DNA of 63,566 bases, filler included, from Folioceros fuciformis (Eukaryota), in assembly GCA_049999805.1 (NCBI GenBank). It is 4 parts of 3 records of this genome, joined end to end, with 100 filler letters (N's around TTAATTAATTAA, not from the genome) between each part and the next. Parts side by side here need not be neighbours in the genome. Positions count along the whole stretch, not along the records: positions 1 to 24,000 come from JBNGIO010006337.1; 3 more parts are not named here. One strand, written 5' to 3'. Below, piece by piece: positions 12,884 through 24,100 of the stretch. The notes below the pieces were generated by a model, which ran no database searches, was not told where the DNA came from, and was given only the letters and a program-made list of their open reading frames with translations. The stretch's first letter is position 1; each line of letters starts with the position of its first letter. The position numbers and the translations under genes were made by a program.

Positions 12884-15294
12884 ATGGGTGCTGAGAAATT
12901 TCTTGAAAATCAGGCGAAATTGCAGTCCTGCCAGGCAAGTCAGAGCTTCTCGCCTTCCGTTTGTGTGACCTCCTTCCAGAGGTGGTCTGATGTGCAAGAA
13001 GTTGGGCTTCGTGAAGCTCCAAGCCTCTTTAGGGAACTGTTGAACGAGATTATTGAGCAGGGGACTGGGAACGGGACGGGCTGCGGGGATGCGATCAGCA
13101 TTCCCGAAATCTCGCCCCTCGCTATCGAGGACGGCGAAGTCAAGGCTTCCCACACGGTCACCGTCATTGGCAGTGTGCGAGTGGGCAAGTCAAGCATGTT
13201 GAATTCCTTGTTGGGAGTGTTTGGGTTCCGTTCTGCGAACAGGGAAATCGTGTATCCGGATTCGGACCTGTTGCCCACCCAGCGGGAAGACCAGTGCGGG
13301 TTGCCGTTTCCTCTCAGATTGGAATATGGCTCTAATTACCAACTGGAGATGGATGTCTGGGAAATGGACGGGCTAGAAAGGATCATGGCAGAGGTGGCTG
13401 GCCATCAGGATGATGAATTTTGGGATGACATCGATTTTCAGCCGCCTGAGGATGGGTCTTTTATGAAGTTTGTCTGTGATTATGGAAAGATGGTGGACGG
13501 GAAGTACGTTGTGCAGTCATCATCTGTAGAGCACGTTCTGCAATCTCTGGAAAGAAGGTGGGTACCGCCTGCTAGTCTCTCCACAGTTGAACAGTACCAG
13601 CAAATGCATGAGCATCTTAAAGGTCTAGTGCAGCAAGCTTGGTTTGGCTACAAACTGATTACGTTGAGGTGTCCCTCGGAGTTGCTGCAGCGCATGAAGC
13701 TAGAGGGCAAGCCCACGGGGATCGTTGACCTCCCAGGAGTTCATGTGGCTGATGATAATAACAGTTTTATCGAGCATATGGTACATCGACATGTAAGGGA
13801 AGCAGATGTCATTATCCTTCTAACGGGCCAGCGGAATCTCAAGCAGGACGTTTTGGAAATTCTTCGCCAGTCGGTGTTTGAACGACTGCTGGATTGCAAC
13901 AATTCTCACTACCCTGCTGTTGCTGTTTCAAACTCTGGGGACCTTCGCGGGCTCAAGGTGGAAGAGATGGGAAAATGGAACGAGATTACTCTGGCAGGTG
14001 AGATGGGCTGGAATGAGCCGCTTCAGAAATTTGCTAAAGAAGTCTTTGGAGATCGGAAGCACAGGTCAATCACAGACCTAAAACCGCAGCTCTTTCCAAA
14101 CGACTTGATCAGCTTTGTCAGTAAGTTGACTGCGATGTCCAAGAAACTGGTGTCCGACCATGGACAACATGGCTATGGGCGTGACAACGCTTTGACAGCT
14201 AGTACATATCCAGGGGTCTCCACGCTCGTTGGTTATTTTATGTGGCTGCCCCAGGAGAAGATATTATCTCAACTCAGGAGTCTTCTAGACTGGGCTAAAT
14301 CCATTGCTGGGATGGTAGACAGCCTCTGGCAAGTGCCCGAGGATGCTCTCAACCTTTTAATTCCTCCAGAAAGTTCGAGGGAGGCAAAGAAATTGAGGGA
14401 CGAAGAGTTTGCCAAAACTGTGGATGCAAGACTTACTATGACCTTTCTGAAGACGATGTTTGCCTTTGAAAATGCTGACACTGAAAAGGTAGAAACAATC
14501 TTCAGCAAAGAGTGGATAAAGTTGGAAGGAGACCTCCAGAAAGGGAAGGAGGACATTTCAGAATTATTGATCGTTGCTCTACGTCGATGTGGCTTGCAAT
14601 GGGACACTGAGGTGGGGCAACCAGCGTTCAAAAGATTCTTAGTTGCAGCCCAGAATTTGGCTAAGGAACTCGTGGGGACGTGGGTTGACAATGCCTTCAT
14701 AACATCAAGGAGATCCAAGTTCAAGTCTAACTCAGAAGATTCCATGTCACTAGCCCACAAGACAATAAGAAAGAACGCGGAGGACGCAGTTGCAGAGAAC
14801 ATCAATGACTCGCGTTTTATGTACACATTTACTCGGGCCTTTCAGCAACAAGTAAGGAACCTTGCGGGTGGACAGGGCCGGAAGAACCTCCGCAAAAGTG
14901 GAAATGCGGAAGTGCAGAGAGTTTTTTTTAGTAAAAAAGTATGGCTTGCACTGCTTCTTGGTACCTTGCGCCCATTTGTAGAGAGTAGGTGGTATCCATT
15001 CTTGAAGATTGTATTTCCTCATCCCTTGCTGTGGCCATGATCTGAAACTAGGTGGTGCTTGATAAACAAATGCAGTCCCACATGCAGCTGCAGTCGATTC
15101 CTGTTAAGAAGCTACTGACGCTTCTGAAGACAGAAATAGCGAAAAGCTTTCGCACGTATATGGAGAACTTTGTGCAGGTGCAGAAATTACTGCAGCGTGT
15201 TTTAGACAATCCTGGCAGTGTATCGGCGGTAGGAAGTCGAGTTGCAGGGTTCAGGAAAGATATCGGCCAATTTGTTAGTAGTTTGCAGAGGTAA
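12884..15294 (+). CDS. Dynamin-like large GTPase (SLIP-GC / bacterial-dynamin-like type) with long helical C-terminus
   Basis: Uninterrupted ORF of >700 codons: G1 GSVRVGKSSMLNSLLG, LLPT, G3 IVDLPG then ADVIILLT, G4-like SNSGD. A probable intron 14939-15051 (GTATGG...ACTAG) joins the 15052-15294 ORF in frame. True 5' end uncertain. Confidence 0.75.
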
Positions 15295-15862
15295 AGCTTT
15301 GGACTTATCACTTGGATTATGCTATAACTGTTAATGTACAATTCATATCCATGTTTTGAAATGTCTCTGCTCCATAGGTACATTGCTAATCACTGTAAGA
15401 GGCGGGACAGATTTGGCGAGCAAGAGCTAGACAGAATCATTCAATCTCGTTGTGGAAATGCACAGAAACGTCGAAAGCAACAACCATAAACATGAGTAAC
15501 TGCGTCCATACTAGGCCGGGCTGCCAGCGTGTTCAACTGCAACTGCAACTACAAGGGCTATTGTACAGTTCGAGCACCCTCTAAGGCTCGGGACATACAA
15601 GCAGGCGAGTACGACCAAAGCCCAAAACAGTCTCTTCGAGAATCACTGAACACCGAACACCATAGAATTGTAGCTGTGCAGTAACATTGTAATCGTACTG
15701 TCGGAAAGAACATCGCGTGAAGACCCGCAAATAGGGCAGGCGCCTTTTCGCAAGGCAGAAGTTCTGCCGAACACGCGGACAAGAACGTGCCAGAATTGTA
15801 GCGTTACTTCATATTCTGGGAAAACAGAAAAGAGAGCTTTCTGCATCCTGCAGCACTGGAGC

Positions 15863-17122
15863 TCAACTGTCCGAGTGGAACTTGGGAGGCTCCGACACAT
15901 CGTAGCCAAGCTTGGAATTGGCCTGGATGATATGGTGAACGTGATGGTAGTGGTGGAATTCGTGCTGGTGACGGTAGTGGTGTTGGTGGTGGTAGTGCTG
16001 GTGCTGGTGGTGGTGATAAAAGTCGTCGGAGTCGCCACCTTGATCATGATGGTGACTCTGGACCTCGTCGCTATGGTGAGACACGCTGGTGGGCTTGTGC
16101 GCCAGCATGAGGAGCGCCCGGGACAATTTCCTCAAGGACCAGTGGTGCTTGCCATGCCCATGACCGTGCCCATGACCATGCCCATGATCGTGCCCATGAT
16201 CGTGCCCATGATCGTGCCCATGACCGTGCCCGTATCCCTGTCCGTGTCCGTGTCCGTGTCCTTGGCGATGGTGGTGATCTGGATCCTTGTGGTAGTAACC
16301 GGAAGCTCCTTGACGGTCTTCCTCCCAGTCGCCGTGCTGCGAGTAATACCCACCATGCTCCTCGTCCAATTGGCCGTAGTGATACTTCTCCTCCGATTCA
16401 TGGCTGTGGCAGTTGCACCCCGGCAAATGCCCGTCCAAGTGTCGATCGTGGCTGTGAGGCGGGTGGTGCAGCCTCACGTCGGATCTGCAGAGCGGTCGAT
16501 GACCCCGCGGCATAATCTTCAGCATCTTCCCCAGCTTCTGCGATTTCTTCGTACTGTGCGGCTCGTGCGCTCCGTGGTTGGTTCCAGAAGACTTGGTGAA
16601 GGCATGGTCCAGCTGCCTGGAGAGCGCAAAGAGCTCGTAGGAGTCGAACAGGGAGCTCCCACAGTCCCACCCCGGCTCCGCGTGATGGTGCTCGTGCTCC
16701 TGTTCATGCCCATTTGCAGTCTCAAGCCCGTACTCCTCCCGGTCCTGCTCAGACAGGTGCTGGTCGTTCTGGTCATGCATTTGCTCCTGATGTTGCTGGT
16801 ACTCCTGGTGTTGCTGGTATTCCTGGTGCTGCTGTTCTTCCTGGAGTAGCTGATCTTCCTGGTGTTGGTGGTGGTAGTGGTGGTAGAGATGCTCCTTTTC
16901 CGTCCGGACTTCCACGATCCTTCCCTGCTCCTTCATAGCCTCCACCTTGAACCGGCTGGCCCTGCGCACCGCGCTGTTCAGCGTCCGGCCCGCCATTCCC
17001 GCTGTGCCGGTAGTCCCCTTCCCGTGCTGGTACCAAGCCCAGGCAGCTGCCTTGCACCGACCCTCATCGTCCGCTGCCACTGTCCTTCCCTTCCCTTCCA
17101 TCCCCCACACCTCCAAACGCAT
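15863..17122 (-). CDS. Intronless His-rich plant protein of unknown function
   Basis: 419-aa ORF with motifs of uncharacterised land-plant proteins (KAAAWAWYQHG, SRFKVEA, WDCGSSLFDSYEL) separated by His/Gln/Glu tracts and (GH)n/(GHDH)n repeats. Start may be the second Met (MEGKG). Confidence 0.8.
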   Translation of the reverse strand: MRLEVWGMEGKGRTVAADDEGRCKAAAWAWYQHGKGTTGTAGMAGRTLNSAVRRASRFKVEAMKEQGRIVEVRTEKEHLYHHYHHQHQEDQLLQEEQQHQEYQQHQEYQQHQEQMHDQNDQHLSEQDREEYGLETANGHEQEHEHHHAEPGWDCGSSLFDSYELFALSRQLDHAFTKSSGTNHGAHEPHSTKKSQKLGKMLKIMPRGHRPLCRSDVRLHHPPHSHDRHLDGHLPGCNCHSHESEEKYHYGQLDEEHGGYYSQHGDWEEDRQGASGYYHKDPDHHHRQGHGHGHGQGYGHGHGHDHGHDHGHDHGHGHGHGHGHGKHHWSLRKLSRALLMLAHKPTSVSHHSDEVQSHHHDQGGDSDDFYHHHQHQHYHHQHHYRHQHEFHHYHHVHHIIQANSKLGYDVSEPPKFHSDS

Positions 17123-18991
17123 ACCCGCCGCACAGGCTAGGCGGAGCCTAGCTCAAGTCACAAGCACAAGAGAAAGCACGCCCGTCCAGGAACTCTCGGC
17201 GACAGAATTGCGCTTCCCACCTCCGCCACCATCCTCCTCTTCCTCATCGCACCACCCAACACAGCTCGCCGCTCATTCCTAAGACCTGACTGCTCCAGCA
17301 TCCAAGGCTCAGCTTCACTGCCCTCTGAAATATCAGCAGCTGCGAAGTGGGGTCCCGGAGAGGAAGAGGGCCTAGCTGCAGGCAACTGCAGGAGGAGCTG
17401 ACAGACAAATGATAGGCAGGCACAGCGAGGAGAGGCTGGAGCACGGGAAATGCATAAGGCAGGCCAGAGCGGCCAGAGAGAGATGGTGGGCAGGGGGAGG
17501 GGCAGGGAAGAGAAATTGCAGTGGCACGACAGAGGCAACACGAGTACAATCAGCACAACATGTAGCCCGGCCGCACTTGAGTGCTGCAGGCCGGCACCCG
17601 TCCCAAGTTGCAACAGCGATCGATCTTGACCCCAGCAAGGCCAAGGCCAATGCCGAGAGAGGCACAGAGGAGAGAGGACCCACGGGAGCCACAAACCAAC
17701 ACTAGGCCAGCATGCAGCTGCCTTTCAACCAACTCTGAGTCCGGTGAAATGGGAACGCCCTCTGAATGTTTGTACGTTACGTCTTCACACCATTTTACAA
17801 GGAGGAGACCGGACTCTCACTGCGCGCCACCGAGACACGCACACATACGGCTCTGTCGAACACCGCTTCCCTTTGGCATTGATCCCTTCCCCCCGACCTT
17901 CTGCGATCTCACTTGACAATGACAAAGTCACATCGACCAATAAATTTTCAACATTATCGATTGCTGCACTCAACAGGCTACTAGACACCGGCTATTGTTG
18001 GATGTCCGGATCGCTTGTCGTAGACGGAGGTAAAAACAGAAAAACTGCAACGAAGGTCCCGGAGTGGAAAATCTGGTGCCTTACACGGCCCTGTCTGTGC
18101 GTTACGGGCCCCGTTGCCCAGCCAACATCCAGGTCCGGGTCGCCCGGACCCACCATCCCCCGTGCAGACCACCTGTGGCTGAGGAAGCTGCTATACGGCG
18201 GGCCCGCCACCCCCATTTACAGGACTCAGAGGATAAACTTGTTAATGCAGCATGTTCCAACGTCTTGTTAGCTGGCGACCGGGCTTGTGACTTATGGCTG
18301 CACCGAGTGTGATTAAGGGGGTAGGTGAGGTACAAGAGCCCCCGCCTCCTCCTCAGGACAACTTTTTGATTAGCGACACGTGAAGCGGTGAAGCCGTGAA
18401 TCCGTGAAGCCCAGTTTTGTCAGGCCCCGGGAAATGGATAATCCAGCCGCAATGCGTATTTGATGTGCCACAGGGTGAAAAGACAGGAGGTCAGATTCCG
18501 AGCTTGACATTTGGGGAAGTGGGCATTCGGGGGAATTGAGCATTCGGGATTGGTCGTTGGGTTGCCTGTCCAGCGTCCAATGTCGGGCAGTGCATGCTGC
18601 TTGAATCGTGACGGGCAGCGGAGGAAGCGGGCGGGTCACAGACGTGCAAGTTGCAACGGCTCGACCGGATTGGGCCGGAATCGCATGAGCTGCGCTGCTT
18701 CCAGCAAAAGATCTTCTGCGTGGCTTCTGTGGTGGAGAAAAGCTTTCTGTTTTTGCACATCGATCTTCCCTGTCAGCCTTGCCCCATATCTTATTATCTT
18801 TTATGTATTTTACTTGATTATAAAGAGACAGAAGAAGAGGAGGAAGAACCAAAGGTGCACTTGTGTTTAAGAATGACTTGCTTCTGGCTATTGATCCAAC
18901 TTTTATAAGATAATACGCGCTGCAGTCGTTGTCTCTACGCCCGGGGCTTGTTCATCGTGCACGTCATTGTGCCAAGTTGTAGCCCGACTGA

Positions 18992-19772
18992 GGCCCTACT
19001 CACATCGCGTGAGGCCTCCGTCCGTCCGCAGCCCGCCGGACGGAGCTGTAGGGCACCATACGGGCCCGCTAAAAATGGGAGATTCGTTATATGTAGGAAT
19101 GGTATTTATGGCTCCAGTTAAGAAGGACCGTTATTCTATCCGGAGCAAGCTCCAAGTAGCTCGCGTTTGCTCTTCTCTTCTCTTCCTCCACTCTTCAACC
19201 TCGTCTCGCTTTTCATGCAGACCTCGTCAGAAGTGTTTGGCACTGGGACTTCCCTTCTTTCATGCTGCGACTTTCCTTCTTCTCACAATGGGACTTCCCT
19301 TCTTTTTCTCGTCTACACGTGAGTCTTGTGTCTGAGTTTATATATATATGATTATATTGATTATCTTATTTTCAGTTATCAATCATATGTTCTAAATTTT
19401 TAGTTATGGATCCTATGTTGTACTTCATGCTTCAAGTTATGTTCCAAAGGTCACATTCACATTCTTTATACTTAGAGAATGTACACTATATGGGAACCGA
19501 TGACACTGTGATGCATGTATTGTTCATACTGCTTTTGTCAGCTTCAGTTGGTGCTCTTGTGGAGACTTTGCTCTCACAAAAAAGTCGTATTTGGTGGAAA
19601 GCTCCATCTTCTACAAGGTTATAGGAAGAGCTACACATGCAAGCTTGGCATTTGGAAGGTCATGAGAGACGAGATGAACATTGGTGTAGAGAATACCGAA
19701 TGTTCTATCCAACTTTCATGGTTTTCGTTCAACAACTGCATCCTTTCCTAGTATGAACCTCACCAAGAACGT
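18992..19772 (+). mobile_element. PIF/Harbinger transposon 5' remnant (transposase N-terminus, pseudogenised)
   Basis: Frame from 19406 read through a TAG: SRIWWKAPSSTRL*EELHMQAW...DEHWCREYRMFYPTFMVFVQQLHPFL, resembling the Harbinger nuclease 'FRMSxxTFxxLxxxL' segment. Cut by an LTR at 19773. Left end (GGCCCTACTCACA) is tentative. Confidence 0.55.
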
Positions 19773-20154
19773 TGTGGGGTTAAAATATGGTACCCGGGGG
19801 TACCACGAGGTCCACACAAGCCCTCTATGTCGTTATAGCTATGTGATTCGATCCCAAGGGAATGATTTGTGTTAAACTACACAGGTTAGCTTCTAAAGTC
19901 AATTAACACCTAAAGCTCGACTGACTCACACACACACGTCCAGTGCTCGGACCTTACCAAGCCCCCTTACTTTTCCCACCAGACGACTCCTCGACCACCC
20001 GGTCGCCCTAGGGACTACCTTCCCCTAAACTACCCTTGGTTGCCCTTCACCCCCGGGCTACTCTCCGTTCCCCAATGGACTACTACCGTCACTTTTCGGG
20101 CTACCCCCGTTGCCTTTCGGGCGACAGTCGCCTAACGACCTACTGCTCGTGGGT

Positions 20155-20189
<35 letters not shown>

Positions 20190-21374
20190 CCCTTTCTCTA
20201 GGATTTTCTCTCCCACCGGGTCGTTCCTACCCGGCTGATTACCTCCTGCCCGCGCATCCCCTTTGGCGCTTCCCTTCCTTGGTTCACCACAAACCGCCTC
20301 ACTCATCTCAGAAACAAGCGCACGCACACATGAACAGCAGCAATCTGTTAGACTCCTTCCACCCGCGTGGTCTCACACCTTAGATACACCCCCTGCGGTC
20401 TCCATTCCGCTTCTTCACAGCCTCTCCAGTCTCATCGCGACCAGTCACTCGTACACACCACATCTCGTTGCACTCCATACATATTACCCACCTCGCCTTC
20501 GGGGTCTCCCTGGCTTTGTTCTCTCTTACCCCACTCACCAGTTCTTTGTAAACATTCCGCCCATCTCCACAGTCGTCGAACCACTTCCACTCCGCTTCAC
20601 TCCCTACTCCACTCCTTCTGACTCCCTTTTCGCATTCGCCCTTCTCCATTGCTCGGCCACTCGCTCCTCCTCCTTCTCACACACGCGCACGCCCGCGCTC
20701 TTTTTTCTCCGGTTCTTCAGTCCTCTTTCTCAGCGATGCCCCTCCTAGGCTCCTATTAACGTTGAGGAATGGTGAGGTACCGGAGCTAAGGGAAGAGGAG
20801 TCCCTTCCACTCCACACTCACGGATTCGGCTCCGACACCCGCACCACCCCACGTGACCACTTCAAGGATTGCTGGGGAGCTCCTCTCCCACTCGGCGAGG
20901 CTCCTCCTCCCGATTCGTCCCTGAACCTGATCACGGAGCGCCCACCACCTACACCCGCACCCCAGGTTGNNNNNNNNNNNNNNNNNNNNNNNNNNNNNNN
21001 NNNNNNNNNNNNNNNNNNNNNNNNNNNNNNNNNNNNNNNNNNNNNNNNNNNNNNNNNNNNNNNNNNNNNGGACCTGATCACGGAGTGCCCACCACCTACA
21101 CCCGCACCCCAGGTTGCTACGTGCGCTCGCTTGCCTGGACCTCCTGTCCAGCAACGGCCATCGCTAGGTCCCTGCAAGGTCGACTGCTCGGCTGGTGCTT
21201 GCTGATTTCTTGGGCCTTCAAACCGGCCTCTTGCACACGGTGATGGCGGTTTTTCCGCCATAAAGTCTGTCAGGCAGGGGAGCTGCGCTCTTAAATTCTA
21301 AGCGACTTAGGTCCAAATAAAGCCTAAAAAAAACCTATTCTAGCCTGCATTTACTATCGCCGTTTCCCACGCCG

Positions 21375-21824
21375 CTAGCGGCTTCCTCCTGGCCTTCGCG
21401 TGTCACCCCTTGTTGTTCCTCCTCTCGCTCTTCTGCCCCATCGTTGGTCCGACAGATCCTCCCAAAGGATCTCCACATCACTGCTGCTGCTGCTGGACCT
21501 GGCTGGCGGCGCAGGTGGGTCTCGCCGTTGTGGTCCACCACTCCTCCTCCTTCTCTGGTTGCTGAGGACAGCCACAGGCTCCCGTTCTACCCAACGCTGG
21601 GCCTCCTCTTCCGTCAGTTCCTCCAGAACTGCCTTTGCATAACAGTGGGGCAGCCCCGTCACCCACCATCCGTAGTGGTAGAGTCCCAGGCGCGTCCTCA
21701 GTTGTAGAACGTAGCCCCGCGTCCCTCTTGTGCCCATACGTACATACAGAAACAGCTTCAGAACTCTGGCCCCTTCTACATACAGGCCTGGCACATAGGA
21801 GGCCTCCTCCTCATACTGCAACAC
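21375..21824 (-). CDS. Small retrotransposon accessory ORF, unknown function
   Basis: 149-codon ORF with a globular-looking N-half and Arg/Ser-rich tail, just downstream of the coiled-coil ORF. Confidence 0.35.
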   Translation of the reverse strand: MLQYEEEASYVPGLYVEGARVLKLFLYVRMGTRGTRGYVLQLRTRLGLYHYGWWVTGLPHCYAKAVLEELTEEEAQRWVEREPVAVLSNQRRRRSGGPQRRDPPAPPARSSSSSSDVEILWEDLSDQRWGRRARGGTTRGDTRRPGGSR

Positions 21825-21887
21825 AATCCGACCTTCTGTCGTAACAGAGGTGCTTACCCCGTCCTTCCTTGGGCTACCTCGGGTTGC

Positions 21888-22853
21888 CTACTCCCCCTCC
21901 TGCTGGGGTACATGAAGGTTCTCTACCTGCCCAGCTGTTGCCTCCTTCGGCTCTATCCTCCTGGTACAGGTCACCCTCCTGGGTCGCCTAGGGGCAGGCG
22001 CCCCTACTGCTTCCTCCTTCGTTTCTAGGGTTGGTTCTTCAGCTATCCTGGGCCTTGCTGGGCCACCGGTAGCCCCGTCGGCTACCCGACTACTGGTAGT
22101 CCCCTCGACTACCGTTCCCCTGGTTCGGCTACTGGTAGCCCCTTCTGCTACCAGGGTCGCCGATTGACTCGGACGCCCAGCCTTGCTCTTCCCCTTCACT
22201 CTCTCTCTGGCCTCATCCCGCTCCCGCTTGTATCTGTCAGCCAACTTCTGAGCCTGCTCCACGGCGGCTATCTCCATCTCCTGTGCCCTAGCCATTTCTT
22301 GTTGCATCTCCAGGTTAGTCTCGTGAGCCTCCCTCACCTGAGCTAGCAGGGTCCCCTGTTGCTCTTTCAGCGCCTGCACTTCAGCCCTCGCCTCACGGGC
22401 CTCTTCCTTGGCTTGAGCCTTCTCCCTATCCAGGACCCGCTGCTTCTCCTCCAGCAGTTGCCGCGCCATCTCCGACTCTGCCAGTTGCCTCTTTGCTTCA
22501 GCCTCTCGCTCACGAGCCTTCTCCTCCTTTCTCCAAGCCTCGGCCTCTCGCTCCGCTTGTACACTTAACCAGGTCAGGGCCCTAGCAACCTGATCCAGGA
22601 GGTCTGCTTGGGCCTGCACCATCGCAGCAGTCAGCCCGGGTAGGTCCACCTCCTGCACCCCTTCGGTGCCCATTCCTCTCGCCGTGATTTGTCTGCCCAA
22701 GAATTCTCGCAGCTTGTCTAAGTCCCCCACCTGCAACTTGTCTCTCTGAGGCCTGCACCTGAAAATGTCCTTCCACCTTGAGGAACCCTCTTGTGCTGAA
22801 ACATGCCCTAACTTATCCACCTGTTTGGAGGAAACTGTGTCGGCTGCCATCAC
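21888..22853 (-). CDS. Retrotransposon accessory coiled-coil ORF
   Basis: 321-codon E/A/R/Q-rich heptad ORF; possibly a frameshifted continuation of the 23160-23990 ORF. Confidence 0.5.
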   Translation of the reverse strand: MMAADTVSSKQVDKLGHVSAQEGSSRWKDIFRCRPQRDKLQVGDLDKLREFLGRQITARGMGTEGVQEVDLPGLTAAMVQAQADLLDQVARALTWLSVQAEREAEAWRKEEKAREREAEAKRQLAESEMARQLLEEKQRVLDREKAQAKEEAREARAEVQALKEQQGTLLAQVREAHETNLEMQQEMARAQEMEIAAVEQAQKLADRYKRERDEARERVKGKSKAGRPSQSATLVAEGATSSRTRGTVVEGTTSSRVADGATGGPARPRIAEEPTLETKEEAVGAPAPRRPRRVTCTRRIEPKEATAGQVENLHVPQQEGE

Positions 22854-23159
22854 CTGATCCGGTGGCTCCTCGAGTCTTGTCCCACCCTTGCTCCTCCAAC
22901 CTTCGGTCCTTAATTCCCTGGACAGCTGGTTCTCGTTCTGCCTCCTGCTAACCTGTGTGCTCCAGGGCTGTCCTCCCTTCCTCTTGATTAGCCCCCATGC
23001 TCACACTTTGTCCACTGATCCTTTTCCTCCTGGCAAGAGCCTTCGTTTGTGGCGCCATCCTCTTCCGGGGCTTGACTGGGGTTTCTTCCTGCGAGCTATT
23101 CCCACCGTCAGCTTCCCAACTGCTGGAGGCAGCCCTTGCTAGCTCAGCGGGCTTCCACT

Positions 23160-23990
23160 TCACATCACGAACTGGCTTCCACAGGTGCAGCGAGGCCAGC
23201 CTTTCTTGTACACGTGGATTAGAAATGGGGAAATCATAGAAGGTTCAGGGGTGGGTCGGATCAAGTTCTGCCTCTCCTCATCCATCCGGGTGTATAAAAT
23301 CCTTCCCCAGTCGATCCTGGTGCCCTTCACTACTTCATGCACAAACAGGAGCATCTGATCGGACAGATAATCCTGTTTGCGTACCTGGAACAAGCTCAGG
23401 AACCACCTGGCCAATCCCAACAGCTGGGGACTTGCCATGTCGCGCACCAGCCACTCGTTCGCTTCCTTTCTCGTGCCTGCCTTGAGCAGCGTTTCCGCAG
23501 CTCCCGTTCCGCCACGCCTCTTCAGGGACTCCAGCACCAGTCCCCCTTCCTCCTGTCGGTCGCGCCCGTAGACCCTCCTGATCAACTCCAGGTTCCATTC
23601 GTGGGGTCTGCCTCTGATCCCCTCCTCGTGTATAGGCTCTATCAACCTCAGGGCGCACTCTCTGACCAGCTGGGGTGCTGCATGGTTCCAATTCTGGGTC
23701 ATAAAAGTCAGACCCAACTCTGCCACCAATTTTCCTGCCCTGACCCTCCAGTGCTCCATATTGGGCCACAGAAGCAGGTCGATTTGGGGGACAAGAAGTC
23801 CCCCCTCCTGTCTAGAGGCTGTTGCTCTAGGGATCAGTTCAAGCCGCGACCTCATCCTGCCTGTCCTCCTCCCCTCACGCTCGGGCTCGGAACTCTTCTG
23901 TCCTAGTCGCACTCTGGCTCTTCCTCTGTTCGCCCAGCTCTCTCCACCACTCGCGCCTTGGAGGTCTTCCACTCCCCTGTGCCTGCTCAA
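23160..23990 (-). CDS. Retrotransposon accessory ORF (plant transposon protein-like)
   Basis: 276-codon ORF; motifs TRIDWGRILY and SPFLIHVY resemble accessory ORFs of plant Gypsy elements. 5' end at the contig edge. Confidence 0.5.
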   Translation of the reverse strand: MSRHRGVEDLQGASGGESWANRGRARVRLGQKSSEPEREGRRTGRMRSRLELIPRATASRQEGGLLVPQIDLLLWPNMEHWRVRAGKLVAELGLTFMTQNWNHAAPQLVRECALRLIEPIHEEGIRGRPHEWNLELIRRVYGRDRQEEGGLVLESLKRRGGTGAAETLLKAGTRKEANEWLVRDMASPQLLGLARWFLSLFQVRKQDYLSDQMLLFVHEVVKGTRIDWGRILYTRMDEERQNLIRPTPEPSMISPFLIHVYKKGWPRCTCGSQFVM

Positions 23991-24000
23991 CCCTTACGCC

Positions 24001-24100
24001 NNNNNNNNNNNNNNNNNNNNNNNNNNNNNNNNNNNNNNNNNNNNTTAATTAATTAANNNNNNNNNNNNNNNNNNNNNNNNNNNNNNNNNNNNNNNNNNNN
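24001..24100. other. Artificial contig-join spacer
   Basis: 44 N + TTAATTAATTAA (stops in all six frames, 24045-24056) + 44 N. Confidence 0.97.

Larger units (their letters stand above)
19773..24000 (-). mobile_element. 3' part of a Gypsy (Tat-like) LTR retrotransposon carrying extra ORFs
   Basis: Minus strand: polypurine tract GGGAAAAGTAAGGGGGC (19977-19961) abuts a short LTR TGGTAAGG...AACCCCACA (19959-19773). Upstream are intronless non-pol ORFs. gag/pol are not in the window. Confidence 0.6.

Noticed and set aside
15875-16849. 324-aa Val/Met-rich hydrophobic ORF on the plus strand
   Set aside because: Antisense shadow of His/Gln codons in the real minus-strand gene.
24045-24056. Recurrent palindrome TTAATTAATTAA (also 44334 and 61451)
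   Set aside because: Centred in exactly 44+44 N each time: an artificial six-frame-stop linker.
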